DNA of 64,000 bases. Source: Balanoglossus misakiensis. Its lineage: Eukaryota; Animalia; Hemichordata. This document shows, piece by piece, positions 1 through 13,210 of the stretch (position 1 is the first letter of the stretch; every line of letters begins with the position of its first letter). Both the position numbers and the translations under genes were made by a program. Where the stretch lies: the NCBI GenBank assembly GCA_040954595.2, contig CM082577.2, forward strand, positions 19,380,303-19,444,302, read 5' to 3'. The notes beneath the pieces were generated by a model. The model made no database searches. It had not been told where the DNA came from and saw nothing but the letters and a program-made list of their open reading frames with translations.

Positions 1-316
1 ATGATAATTTTGGGTTTGATGTATCGCTCTACAGAATCTCGAAGATCATACATTCTCACACTCCTGGCACGCTGGGAGTGTGAGAACAGAGTGTGAGAAC
101 AAATTGTTCTCACACTCTCACTGAATCGAAAGCTGTATATGACGCGAGCGCTGATTGGTTGACAAAGCGTTCTTTTGCTACGCGCGCTAAAAGTTATCCA
201 ATGGGGCGATGTGTATTACAGGGACAGAGACTACAACGTGCCCCCAGACGACAGTTCCAGCGTCATTTATTCAATGTTTTTAACAAATTTGGCTAATTTG
301 TGACCGTGTGAGAAAA

Positions 317-467
317 ATAATCTCACACACCAAGGACCTGGGATCATATTTCTCACACTCGTCGGGGATATTCTGTCCCACACGAGCCTGCGGCTCGTGT
401 GGGACAGAAAATCCCCAACTCGTGTGAGAAATATGATCCCAGGTCCTTTGGAGTGTGAGATTCTATT
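317..467. repeat. Long imperfect hairpin (~70-bp arms) within an unclassified palindromic repeat (~45-467)
   Basis: ggacctgggatcatatttctcacac..ctgtcccacacgagcc-tgc-ggctcgtgtgggacag..gtgtgagaaatatgatcccaggtcc. A second small palindrome, ttctcacactcc..ggagtgtgagaa, lies at ~53-85. Confidence 0.8.
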
Positions 468-759
468 AATGTCAAGGCCTGATGCAACAACCATCTTGCA
501 CTGACATGGTTTCATACCGGGTTTTACTGATAGTTCGCCCATTCAAAAAAATTGCTCGAAGACAGAATACGGCAGATTGGCTTTCTCTTGTGAACAATTA
601 CATATAATCCCACGATATCTTTCTTTGTTTGGCGTCATCGCATGCGAGTGGTTTTCGCAGAGCAGTGCAACGTCGAGCTGTAGCCATATACAAATGATGA
701 ACTATCGCTGATTATTCATAAAATCTCCTAACAAGTCGGAAAGATCAAAGGGGTCGACA

Positions 760-1140
760 AATGCTCCGCCTTGTAATTCTTAAAGCTTTGCCACATCAGT
801 ATTCCATCTCTTAATGACTGCTTTTCCATATCGGATCTTATTTTATTTACCAATACTGCATATTTATTTGTGAAATGTATCAGAGAACTTTGCAGTAATC
901 GGTCCACCCAAAACCACTTTTCAAGTGCTAAACCTCTCATCTTTAATCCTATGACACCACCAGTACCCTTTAGTGAATCGTCAGATAAGTTTGCCATGAA
1001 ATCCCCTTCATTTAATGACTCTTGTACACTTTCGGGTATTCTATGCATCACCAGAATAAGTACTGACATGTATCTTGCATAGTCCGTTTCGATTGGCACA
1101 AAACAACAGAGGTAATAATAGCTGATTCTTAGCAGTTTGG
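760..1140 (-). pseudogene. Academ-like transposase fragment (frameshifted/deleted)
   Basis: LLLPLLFCANRN/DYARYMSVLILVMHRIPESVQESLNEGDF...LKGTGGVIGL...ALEKWF resembles the NYARY...GxF...KxxGGxxGL...ALxRW motif series of Academ-type transposases (recognised from memory). Confidence 0.5.
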
Positions 1141-1795
1141 CAAATATCTCAATCACCATTTCTTAATGCACTTACATTTCTACCGGTGGGTGGAGTTTTA
1201 ATGGCAGCAATACTCTACACAAAGTCATACCAAAAGTTAAAAGTTACTCCTCTCTTTGACCCAAAGTTCAATTTAGCAATCAAAAGCTCGCACCCGACAT
1301 TATATGTTTAATTGGTAGCAAAGATATAGAAAGTTTCTTATTTTGGGGAATTTCGCAAAATCTTCTATCCGTCGTTATGGTTACAAAATTTTAATATAAA
1401 TTACAACCAAAGACGAAAATAGGCCTATTTTTCTTAAAGCTAATATTCCTTGCTACCTGATGACCAATTTACAGCCTCCTCAAGCAAACCGTTTTCCAGT
1501 AAATCAAAACTATGTATGATCGTTATGCAAAAAATAGCGAAATTTTCACTTTGACCCCAAGTTTTGAAGATGAACTTGACCTCTGACCTTGTCGGTCATG
1601 TAATCATTGGATAGCCCGTACCCTACTTTATAAGACCCAATGTTTAATTTTTTTCTCTAGCTTTCTCAGAACCTGAAATATCTCATTTTAACTGTATGAG
1701 TACTCTTGCTATTCCTACCATTCATTTTGTTATCATTAAAACAGCAGGTTTTGCATATTAAGTATATGTAAACAGCAAAACAAATTAAAATCTTT

Positions 1796-1947
1796 GTAAA
1801 CAATACACATGTCTATCTGGAGATCAAATTATAGCATTCTAGACCCAAACAGTGTTTAGTAAACGCTCGCCGTAAACAATACACATGTCTATCTGGAGAT
1901 CAAATTATAGCATTCTAGACCCAAACAGTCTTTAGTAAACGCTCGCC
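1796..1947 (+). repeat. 76-bp tandem duplication
   Basis: gtaaacaatacacatgtctatctggagatc...aaacgctcgcc occurs twice, at 1796-1871 and 1872-1947. Confidence 0.9.
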
Positions 1948-3766
1948 GTAAAATGTCATTTTGAACAAAAGTCCATAATGTCCATTTTGTCACTTTGACC
2001 TGAAATTTGAGGATGACCTCGACCTTGAACCCCAAAGTTCAAGTTAGCAATAAAAAGCTCGCACCCTACATTATAAGTTTGAGTGTTTAAATTGTATCTA
2101 AAGCTTAATTGGTAGCAAAGATATAGCATGATTCTTATTTTTGTGATTTTCGCAAAATCTGCTATCCGTCGTTATGGTAGCAGAATTTTAATATAACTTA
2201 ATATCAAAGACGTGAATCAGCTTATTTTTCTTAAACCTAATGTTCGATGCTACCTGATGACCAATTTACAGCTTCCTCGAGCAAACCGTTTTCCAGTAAA
2301 TCGAAACTATGTATGATCGATATGCAAAAAATAGCGCAATTTTTACTTTGACCCCGCGTTTTGAAGATGAACTTGACCTTCGACCTTGTCGGTCATGTAA
2401 TCATTGGATAGTCCATACCCTACTTTATAAGACCCAATGTTTAAATTTTTTCTCTAGCTTTTTCAGATCCTGAAATATATCATTTTTTAACTGTATGAGT
2501 ACCCCTAAAATTATGCTATCGTTACCATGACAACCGCTCCTCACGGCCACACCCACCATTAATATGAGTGCAAACAACCTGATTCTGACAGCTGTATAAA
2601 TAGGCTTTCCAAAAATATATGTCTGCAAAACTCCCCGGGGGGGGGGGGGGGGAAGTTTTTCGGTCTCTGGCCCATGGACTATATATGTGAACGGTTTGAG
2701 TGGTCCTGAAAAAAATCAGATTGGGGCTTTGCCGGCTAGACCTGAGCTGGTGTAAAGGATTAACACCTTTCCAAACACATTGTTTATTTGGCCGAGCGTC
2801 AGGGTCCATGCTTAAAATTTACACAGGGTGACTCAAAGAATGAATTCTCTGTTTTTGCAAAAAGCAAATAGTGTCTCTGAAACGTTTCTAATTTTAGCCA
2901 ATGTGAATCTGGTATCAGCTTGTTGTTTGGCATAGAGTAAGAAATGGCATTTTATGCACAAAACAAACTAACTGGAAATAAAGGTAAAAGTTACAGCTAA
3001 CGTCCAGGTAGGGTCGTCAAGGGTGATGCTGTTGACAGCTACACTGGGTACCATTGTAAAATTGTTTCATGTCGTTTACACGTTACGTGATTTCGACTTT
3101 GATCTTGACTTAAAATGATCATTGTTATAACAGGGATGCTATTTTTTATAAATAAATTGAGGTTGTTTGCAGTGTGTGCCACTGTCAGGAGTTCTGGGCA
3201 GCCGGCTGTGGCTGGCAGTGTGCTTAATATGACAGATCCTTGTTCATGAACGTGTGTACATGTACAAATGTATTTTGTCATTTTGATGTTCTTAGTATGT
3301 GTCTATGTACAATAGTATTCTGTCTGTCAAGTGTGTTGTCAACATTTATTTCTCATGCCACTTTGTGTGATCGTGTGATGAACATACATTAATGACAATA
3401 CACACTGTACGTATATTAAGGAAGGAAGCCATATTGTCCTTAAAAGCGCTCCCAACCGACATCGTTAATTACAAAATACAGAAACAACAAAATAATTATT
3501 TTTAGACCATTCACACATTAATGCCAATATTTGAGCTAAGACGTTGCAGAAACATTTAAATGGTAAATGCCATAATATATCTTGTAATTTAGGCTGTCTT
3601 CTTCTAAGTATTTTACAGCACTCTCTGTTGAGAACTTTCTGTTGACATATGAGGCGATATTGAATATCGCATGATTATATCATTCGGTACATCTTTCTTA
3701 CATGCAAGCTTTGAACATTCATTGTGTTGAAGTTTACAATGTTGATCTATGTGTTTTTTTTTACAG

Positions 3767-3838
3767 GCACCATGGTCAATGACTTTCTGGCTATCCTATG
3801 AAGAAATAAGATCGATGATTGGAGTGAGGTCATTTTGA
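3767..3838 (+). CDS. SLC25A27: Terminal coding exon of a mitochondrial uncoupling protein 4-like SLC25 carrier
   Basis: A polypyrimidine acceptor (ttttttttacAG) precedes APWSMTFWLSYEEIRSMIGVRSF*, matching the UCP4 C-terminus ([22 protein letters not shown]). It is too short for the ORF track, and upstream exons were not found in the window. Confidence 0.88.
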   Translation, partial: APWSMTFWLSYEEIRSMIGVRSF

Positions 3839-4492
3839 AATTCATAATGTGACAACACTTGGTTGGACTATGCGCTGGGAGTTTGAAACACACTTTTGAT
3901 AACCACTGGGAACAGAATCAATGCTTGAACATAAGGAAATGGATTTTGAATCCAATAATATGTACCTTGAAAATCTGTGATGCTGTTTTGGATGTCACCA
4001 TTACTGAGTTTAGTCTCTGTGTCTTAAAACTCATAACCTTTTCATCCATATTTGTTAAGCAGGTGGTTTAAAAACAGCAATACTGAGAAATTCAGTATTT
4101 TGAGCTGATTTGTACATTGTTTGTAATATAGATTTCCTAGAAAAGGTGCTCAAAGAGATTAATATCATCGAGACAAAACGTTATAGTTTTTGCTGGCCTA
4201 ATGTTTGCAGTCAGTGTGCTAACACAGTTACGGCTCCATCTGTTAGTCTGTACTATTGGTTCAGTAGTCCATGCACGAATTGACAAACTGTATAGATTAA
4301 GCCATGTCAGTCCTGTCTGTGCATCGGTCACCAGCGATTTCTTGGGTATTTGTGAAAACACTGGTCTCTCAATCCACACCCATTGCTTTCACAAAACAAT
4401 CCAATTTGGCCACCAAAGAGTGGCAAAGATTCACTTTCTTTGGATATTTGGAGCAGGAATCTGATTCTGAAATTACCATTGAAGCACTCCAT

Positions 4493-4903
4493 TTGTCTTG
4501 ATTACCCAGACCCCTCTGCTTCTTCTGCTGCGCTCCAGAAAAAAATGTCTGGGGAAATACCATAGAAGGATTTGTAAAACGAAATGGCCACTATCAGGCT
4601 TTCGGACAGCCACTGAATGGCTGATCTGTGAGTATGGCATGGGTCACTGCAACTTGACTATACTAAAATGGCGATGCAACATGTAGTTGTCTTGTCACAT
4701 CAAGAGACCTTTACTTGCTGGTTGATGTGAAATTTTTTGTCAATTTGCAGTGACCCAGGTCATACTGACAGATCAGCCAATCAGTGGCTGTCTGAAAGCC
4801 TGACAGTGACCATTATGTTTTACAAATATTTCTATGGTATTTCCCTAGACCCTTTTTCTGGAGCCCAGTGGACGAAGCAGAGGGGTCTGCGTAACCGAGA
4901 CTA
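4493..4903. mobile_element. Palindromic MITE, AcademH-like
   Basis: ~165-bp imperfect TIRs ending ..gtaaccgagaCTA, with a degenerate 9-bp flanking duplication (gcactccat/gcattctgt). The same terminus tagtctcggttacccagac recurs at ~15475. Confidence 0.65.
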
Positions 4904-5217
4904 GCATTCTGTTGGCAGCTTGCATCTCCAGAGGGCACTGTCTCTTACCTTTGGCTTTTCAGAGAGGCCTTTCTGCAACCTTGAGGTCTGTGTTGGCAAA
5001 GCCATCCCATTACTGTGACGGGGGCTGACATACAAGTCTGTGGCCACTGCTGTGGTGTTTTAACTGCAGTGTTTACAGTGCTGTAGACATATTGATCTGA
5101 CAGGCCTGACATTTCTGTCTGTTCACATATACAAGAATGTGAACTGGTGTGTGAATACAACTGAGTCTGATTTTTTTTCCAACATACACATAATTATGCC
5201 TGTATTTCTCTCATCAT

Positions 5218-7470
5218 TTTTAGGTCCCATTGGTATAGGCCTATATACCATGGGACCTTATGGGATGGGTTGCGTCTGTATGTATGGATGGATGTATGTA
5301 TGGATGTATGGATGTATGTCTGTATGTCCGTATGTCCGTCCACATCAAAAACTTGAAAACCATTGCGCGTATCACCTCAATATTTGGTGTGTAGGTGCAG
5401 GCAGGGCTGTAGATGAGAGTTTGTCCAAACGAAGTTGCCAGGCCCAAAAATATGCAAATTAGCTTGTAAAATGTGAAATTGATCAAAACTCTGTAAGTCA
5501 ACAATTACTGGTCAGATTGCTTTAAAAATTGGCATGCATGTACCTTATGTCAACCTCACATCGACCTGTAAGTGTTAAGTTAATATCATGGATGTTTTAT
5601 TTTTTATGAATTTTTTAGCCTTTTTATTAAATTTATACCTTTACATTATACCTCTATGGTTAAGCTATGTCCACGTCTTATTGTGGAATTCTGGTCTGTG
5701 CAATAGTCCTGTACAGTGACTGTCTATTGGTCAGTGAGCACAATGGGGCAAAAATAAAAGGCAAATTTTTGGGCTCACCTGTAACACCTGCATATCTCAT
5801 TAATTATGTGCATACCTAATTCCGGGCTAACTAATAGGGCTAGAGGTTTCGTTCTTGTGGGACATGGACCAGTATAGGGTCAAAATTTCTTGCCTAAATT
5901 TTGGGTGACCTCAGGTGACCTTTGACCTACTTTTCCATATCTTGGCATCCAGAGCAGGTACAGACTTCGCGTTTGGAGGGTTGGGACTAAAATTGAAAAG
6001 CCAAAATTGGGGGTCACCTGTGACACCTGCATATCTCATTAATTATGTGCATACCTAATTCCAGGCTAACCAATAGGGCTATAGGTTTGGTTTTTGTTGA
6101 ACATGGACCAGTATAGGGTCAAAATTTCTTGCCCAAATTTTGCATGACCTTAGGTGACCTTTGACCTACTTTACCATATCTTGGCATCCAGAGCAGGTAC
6201 AGACTTGGCGTTTGGAGGGTTGGCACTAAAATTGAAAAGCCAAAATTGGGGGTCACCTGTGACACCTGCATATCTCATTAATTATGTGCATACCTAATTC
6301 CAGGCTAACCAATAGGGCTATAGGTTTGTTTTTTGTTGAACATGGACCAGTATAGGGTCAAAATTTCTTGCCCAAATTTTGCATGACCTCAGGTGACCTT
6401 TGACCTACTTTTCCATATCTTGGCATCCAGAGCAGATATGCTTATTGCTATGTTGCTATGTTTTAGGTCCCATTGGTATGTACCATGGGACCTTATGGAA
6501 TCAGTTGCGTCTGTATGTATGTATGGATGGATGGATGGATGGATGGATGGATGGATGTATGTCCGTCCACACCAAAAACTTGAAAACCGCTGCACGTATG
6601 ACCTCGATATTTGGTGAGCAGATGGAGGCAGGTATGTAGATGGGAGTTTGTTCAAATGAAGTTGTCATTGCCAAAAATTTGCAAATTGGCTGGGAAAATG
6701 TGAAATTGGTCAAAAATCAAAAACTCAACAACCACTGGTCAGATTGATTTGAAAATTGGCTTGCATGTATCTTATGTCTACCTCAAACAGTCCTGTATTT
6801 TTTGAGCTAATATTATCAATTTTCCATTTTTTATGCATTTTTTTTTATTTTTCCATTTATATACTGAAAGTGATAGGCCTACTTCTTTGAAATTTAGTAC
6901 AAAGCTTCCAATAGGTTGTCTGCGTAACCATACTTTTGTTCAAATTGTTGCAAAATTTGCACATTCAAAATTTTGAGCAATTTTTGCCATTTTTTTTCTC
7001 TAAAACCGCATGCCAGATTGCTTTGCAGTTTGGTAGGCAAGTTCTTAGGGTTAACCTAAGTAAGATGTTGCTAAAAAATTCTGATATTTGCATAAATGTG
7101 TTATTGGGGAAATTTTGGCAATTTTTGTCAACAATTGTTTTCTCTGAAACCGCGTGTCACATTGCATTGAACTTTGGCAGGCATGTTCCTTATAGTGATT
7201 GAAGTAAGATATTGTACAATTTTGGTGATATTTGCATATTTGTATTATTGCCACTTTTGAACAAATATTTTCTTGAAAACTGCTTTGAAATTTGTTTTTT
7301 TCACTGATACCTGTTTAGGATACAATTTCATAACACATACATGTGCAACTTTTATTCAATTCTGATACCAGAAATACTAAATATTTAGCAAGTTTTTTTG
7401 TAAGTTTCTTTGTTTTTGGTTAGCAAATCTTCTCCTAAACCAACTGTCCAGTTGTTTTGAAAGTTACAGT
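5218..7470 (+). mobile_element. Cluster of Helentron-type non-autonomous elements (HINE/pearl-like)
   Basis: Two heads (5218, 6461) show a T-run, the inverted repeat aggtcccat..atgggacct and an (ATGT/ATGG)n microsatellite. Between them are ~3 copies of a 239-bp core repeat (5771-6436) shared with the 17-25 kb array. Confidence 0.7.
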
Positions 7471-9628
7471 TTACAAGTTGTTGTTACCCCCAACTTAAAC
7501 ATGGCATGTCAGTGAGCGTCTGTGTGTGTCTGTCTGTTCCAGGGCTGACTGAAAGAAGTTGCTTGTCATATGTGTTTGTACAGACAATTTTTGGTCAAAA
7601 ATAAATTTTTCTAGCACCACTTGTAAGACTGCCATGACACAAGGCAGTTTATTGGGCACGTTCCTTGTTAAATTTTTTACATTCCATATTTCTATATGAT
7701 AAGACCATATCTGCTTGCAATATCACCTGTAATTTTTATTCTGGTGTATCCCTATTTCTGCGTAATCGTCAAACGGGACCACAGTGTCCTTGACGCTATT
7801 TTTTCATCTTCTGACCTTCTATCTGGCCCAGTAAATTCCACACTGACACACCACATGCACTTGTGTTACAGTTATGTGGTCACACCACTTAATACAGTCA
7901 GAAATAACATCACTGTAATACATTCCTGTAATACCAGGCCTGATTCAGACCTGTCCTACACCCCTGATTTTACAGGTCCTGCAACAGGACTGTTTCAGGT
8001 ACTCATCATCGGAGCATGTTTCACAAAAAGTTTCAGAAAAATTGGCAAAATTTAATTTCTCATCTATAAAACTAAGATACAAAGAGATTTGTAGGAGTAC
8101 AATGTTTGAAATATTGAGAGTGATGTCTGGAATATTAACAAATGCTAATACATTTATTCTTTTGTAGAGGTTGATTGACATAAACAGAAAGTGTGGAAAA
8201 TGTACGTTTCATTTATTGAAACCGAAACACAGGGTGTTTAAAATCAAAACTTCAGTCCTAGAACGAACAAGCCGAAAAAAAGACTATGAAAGGTGTTTAA
8301 TGTAGTAGCTGTTGCCGACAACTGAATCTGTGGGAATTTTCAGAATATAGTACCAGTTAGTGGCCAGTTCAAAACCCTATTTAGTGTACATTACTTACGG
8401 ACCAAGTCCTCATTCTTTATTAGTGTCATATGCTAAACATGCAAATATCATGACCATTACAATAAATCTAACAATTTTGAACAAAATACCATGGTTATAT
8501 TCATAGACATGGTTTTTACCAGAGTGTGACGTCATACTATAGTAATATGAAATCGATCCATTTCATATTACCATAGTTCGATGTCACCAACACCGGAACT
8601 ATTTTCATGTCCTCAGATTGTAAACAAATGAAAAAACTATCCTACAATGTTGGTGAGCTTTGAAGATTGGGAAATACAGGGTTAGAAACAATAAAGCACA
8701 TGTGAAAGAATTGTTTTCTGATATTTATTAGTTTCCTTGGTGTCTTCCAACTGTGGCGGGAAAATTTTGACAGCTGTCATCTGTCAAAACACTGGGAGAT
8801 TATATATAACCATTACGCCATGCTTATATGAAAAATGAGTTATCATTTATAATCACTTGTCACAAGGTACATGACAGAAACTCTTGGCCAAAATCAGGGT
8901 TATGATGTTCCAATTCATTTTATTTTGATTTGAAAGAAATTATTATGTTATCCATTCCTGTTATCCAAAGCATTGAATGTTACCCTTTCAACATTTGTCT
9001 TTGAAACTCTCTTAGGAATTTCCTCTGTTTTTTAAGGAATAAAGAGCTGGCTACCTATGTGCCCATGTCCAGATGACTTATATCTCTTGGAGTAACATAA
9101 CCGGGTATTTGATAATGAGCAGTGGATACAAAAGATTACATTGCGTATTTAGGGGTTATTACACGAATTTTGGTCGATAATGCGTCGTATTCGAGTGATG
9201 TCCGTATTTTGACGAGAATGCGTCGCGTATCGACCAAAATTTATGTAATAACCCCTTTATCATACATGCCTACCTATAAAACAGTACGATTTGCGAAAAT
9301 GTGGCGAGAAAAACAATTTCACGGCCAGAAATTTGAACCGCAGCGAACTGTCGCGCCGATCACTGAATCAACGCCGCGTGATGATTTCAGCGCGTTCTCA
9401 AAAATAGTTCGAGACGCGGACGCGGTATTTCACCGAGTGAAATACCGTAAATATATATACGGTTCGACTGGTCCGATACAAAGTGCTCAATACAAAATTA
9501 TTACACCTCACTCTGTATTCCGTACTCTTGATTGGCTGAGACTGTACCACGTGACAAAAACGTAATATAACATGGTTGACAGTCTATGGCCCGTAGGTAG
9601 GGGCTACGGGCCGGGAAATGGCAGTTTA

Positions 9629-9679
9629 GTCTCCTGATGAGTGAGTCTAGTGACTCATGAAACAGCGTTGTATGGAGAT
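9629..9679 (+). ncRNA. Degenerate minimal hammerhead ribozyme-like motif (Penelope type)
   Basis: tctc-CTGATGA-gtgagtc(tagt)gactcat-GAAACa-gcgt-tGTA-tggaga. Both core boxes, stem II and a short stem III are present, but stem I register is imperfect. Confidence 0.5.
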
Positions 9680-9900
9680 TTTACCGCCTTCCGTTTCCAC
9701 TGTCACTTGTATGTACAGTGTATGTATGTATGTATGTATGTATGTATGTATGTATGTTTGTTTGTTTGTTTGTACACATCAATAACTTGAAAGCCGCTGG
9801 GCATATCACCTTGATATCTGGTAAAAGTACGTAGATACAGATGAGATTTTGTTCAAATGAAGTTGTCATTGCCAAAAATATGAAAATGAGCTTGTATTGA
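9680..9900 (+). mobile_element. Truncated HINE-like element with (TATG)n(TTTG)n microsatellite
   Basis: The microsatellite is followed by aacttgaaagccgctg..ttgttcaaatgaagttgtcattgccaaaaa, similar to the copy at 6461. Confidence 0.6.
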
Positions 9901-11193
9901 GCTGGACAAATGTGAATTTATAATAGTAGACTTGCTCCAAGTCTATGGGCTTCATTATGTGTAGGGAACGCGTAGGCCCATTGGTCGACGCTACCCGAAA
10001 CCACAATCTCAGTCCCAAATTCGAAACTCACCTCACTACCAAAACACGCTCAAGGCAAGCATGCACGCAAAAAGTATTGAAATTTAAAAATCACCAAGCG
10101 ACTAGTGGGCTAGTCTAATATAAGAGGAATGTGGTCTGTTTATTTAAGATTGAAATTGAGTAACCCGAGCACCTCCATTTTTGTTGACCCGCGCATGAAT
10201 CACAGACTCGGCCACCCCTCGGATTGATAATCGACGAACCATTGCCAAAGAATGCACAACTATGCGTAATGCATTTGTGCAGCGTATGGCCAGCTGAGTT
10301 GCTGCTTCAGAAGTCAAGTCAATTAGCACAGTCCCATGCGACTGTGTCATTGAGGGAGGAAATTCATCATTTACGAGAGGAAATAAACAAGTACCGGGTG
10401 CCGCGGGTTATGGCGGCAAAACTACAGAAAGTTTGAACTGGCTAACGAGGCAATGATGAAAATCCCTATAACACAACCTGAAGTAGCTGCAATAATTGTA
10501 GCCCTGGTGGGTTGGTTGATCGCTGACGGGGGGCTTGATCGCTGACGGCGCCACGTATGTTTGATACGCCGGATAACGTCAACTGAGTTCTACGCAGGCT
10601 CAGAAAAAATTAGCATAATTCTTGGGTCATGACCTAGATAGATGACGTATTGTGCAGTTGTGTGCAAATACAAAGGAACGGCCAATAGAAACCGTCCCGC
10701 CCCTTCATGTTTTCCAGGACTTTCTGCCAATAAATTTTACTATTAAATGTCAATAATCTGTCAAACTATCCATCTCTGTCTACATTTTTCGCATAATTAG
10801 CTGTATGGGTGGTTCCAAATCCAAAACGCACGAAATTTTGACTTTGCAGTCGTCGAGCCTAGTCCGCGTCAGACAGACGATCCGGCTGGGTGACGACATC
10901 TGTTTCACAGGTTACGTAAAAAATCGTATTTTAAACAATTTTCTTGAGTTTTACTAGACATTTGGTTTTCAACAAAAGTTTCTTAATCAATTACATTTTT
11001 ATTTTATGAATTAGTTCTCTGAGGCTAATTTTATTTTCATTGCTCTCCAGATAAAAGCATTTTTTTTGCGATCGTAAAATTACGTAGGAGACGCCCGTTG
11101 CTAGGGACGCCATTTCATTTTTCGCTGTCAGTGATCGCATTTTGTTGTTTGATAGGGTACTTTCGCTTTATTTTGGGGGTTCGATTTTAGGTT

Positions 11194-12161
11194 GTGATAG
11201 AAAATAATGATGTTGGTTTAGAATTCCATAGATTTTGTTTGAGTAAATTGTGTAGAATTTGTGGGGGGCTCAGGGCCCAAAGTTCATTGAGTTCATTACA
11301 AGGAAAATCGCCCAAGCAATGTTCTGTTTATGTCAACGAAATTTTATCTGTTTTGGGGGTTGATATTCGAATGATGAAACAGATCCCTCAAACTTTAGTT
11401 ACCTATGTTACAAAAACATATGTAACAATGCAAATTTTTATGGTACCAGTGATCAGTGGGTGGGCCATCCTAGGGTTGGGTCCTGTAGTATATGTGAGAT
11501 GTTTACAAAGTAAGGGTGGGAGACCAAAAAAAATAAAAGGGGAAGGCCACCAACTTATAAGAAAGGGGAGGGGGAATATACTATCAATTCTTGGGAGGGG
11601 TCTATTTTGACAAATGAGGGGTTGGAATATCTAACACAAGCCAGGGCTTCACAGACATTTCATTGGCCAGAAAACTTCAATCCAATGCTTAACTCACTGA
11701 AAATGATGCTAAGCGTAGTGTGTGTTTGTCTTTGTTCAATTGTCCATTGGAAAGTCCTTGTGAACATGTCTTTTGTAGTGAGTGTCTAATCAATGTATTC
11801 AAAACTGAAAATATGTCGTGTAATCGTTGTCCTTGTTGTAGTCAGTCGGTCTCATGTTTTTCTGTTCGTCCTGCTAAACGTTATTTTCTTAATATTTTGT
11901 GTTCTCTTCCAATGGAATGTCTTAATTGTAAACAAACTGTTGTCCTTGCATGATTCTGTGTCGCAGCATGTCTGTCCCCAAAGCCCAAAGCCTGTCCCCA
12001 ATGTCACAAATACTGAAAGTACAATTACCGCCAATATTTTACAAAGGCCTCCAGACTTGCCACTCACTCCCGCATTGGAAAAGGTGACAACTCATCTTCT
12101 TAAAACAAAACTTCACCAGTCAACTGATGGTAAGACTGCTGTTTACAAAACTGGTGGTCCG
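11194..12161 (+). pseudogene. RAG1 N-terminal-like (CND + C3HC4 RING + ZFA) transposase gene fragment, frameshifted; N-RAG-TP/Chapaev/RAGL type
   Basis: Across frames: FHRFCLSKLCRICG...ILSVLGVDIR/DETDPSNFSYLCYK...WVGHPRVGSCSICE/GGRPKK; then (C>R)SVC..PLESPCEHVFCSECL..CPCC..FLNILCSLPMECLNCKQTV/QHVC; then LEKVTTHLLKTKLHQSTDGKTAVYKTGGP and a GTGAGT donor. The order and motifs parallel RAG1 (HLCRICG, WHPH..CDIC, CKHVFCRVC, FLSVLNSLMVKC). Confidence 0.82.
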
Positions 12162-13210
12162 GTGAGTTTCACTTTCAATATCATAATCATAATTGCGTGT
12201 ATGGCATGTTTACATTAAAAAAAAACATTATTGGTCAGTTGGGGGCCGGCAAGTTGTGTCATCGGTTTTCAAAATCAGGTGAAGTGTATAGTGTTGGGCC
12301 TATGTTATCTAAGATATCTAGTGGTGTTGAGTAGCCGTCACATGGAGGACACAAGATATTTAGGGGCCCAGATACGGTATTAATTACCGTTTTTAGGTAC
12401 CAAAGTCGCTCATGTCGGAGGACTATAGGCGTCTATCAATGTCATTTATTTGGTCATCTTTGAAGAGTTTGATTAATTGTTTTTTCACAGCGAATTACGT
12501 TCTCAGCTGGGTGATCGTGTCATACCTTGTCTCTCTCTCTATACTCTACGCGCTCTCAACTACGGGGCGACCTGTGCCTTCAAGGCCCTGAAAAAACAAC
12601 CTATCCACGAGCGATAGATTGAAATGTGTTATCATAGGCACTGAAATTTATCTTACTCACCTAACCGACCTGCGAACGAATGGGAAAAAACGACGTTTTT
12701 CATGTCGACCCCAGTCAAATTCAATACATGGCCGGAAGTACTAGGTATAACTAGCCATTTAAATGGACCAGGCCCTGTAATGAACACCCATTGCCTGGCC
12801 ATGAGGGCCATAGCGGCCGTTTATTACACCCGAGGGGCTGTGAGTTACCAGAATCATATGCTATTTCCCTCGGCCTACGTCTGGTAACTCACAGTCACGA
12901 GGGGGTAAAAACGGCTGCTATGGCCCAAATATAGGACAGGCTATAGGTGTTTTATAATAAACCTCATGCTAACAGCTGGGAAAATCTTGCAATTTTCTCT
13001 TGAGGTTGGCAGACGACATCTTCAGCGGTGGCCATAGTGTCAGACGACGCAACGATGATAGACGTGACCGAGTCTGCGCACTCACGCTGGTCATGTGACC
13101 GGTTTATATTTTTTCTGCTATTTCCCTAGAGGGATTCATAGTCGATTCTATTTTCCTATCACGTGACGGATTCTGGCGAATCACGACACAGTATTAGCAT
13201 GAGGTATATT

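Larger units (their letters stand above)
470..2681 (-). mobile_element. Degenerate Academ (AcademX-like) DNA transposon remnant
   Basis: The minus-strand terminus reads TAGTCCATGGGCCAG from 2681 (TAG-type end). A TGACC-rich subterminal region has a ~470-bp direct duplication (~1255-1720 vs ~2027-2525), followed by transposase-like remnants. The other end is not seen. Confidence 0.5.

Noticed and set aside
5139-6713. ORFs with MDGW/HPSI repeats
   Set aside because: They are translations of (ATGG)n/(ATGT)n microsatellites.
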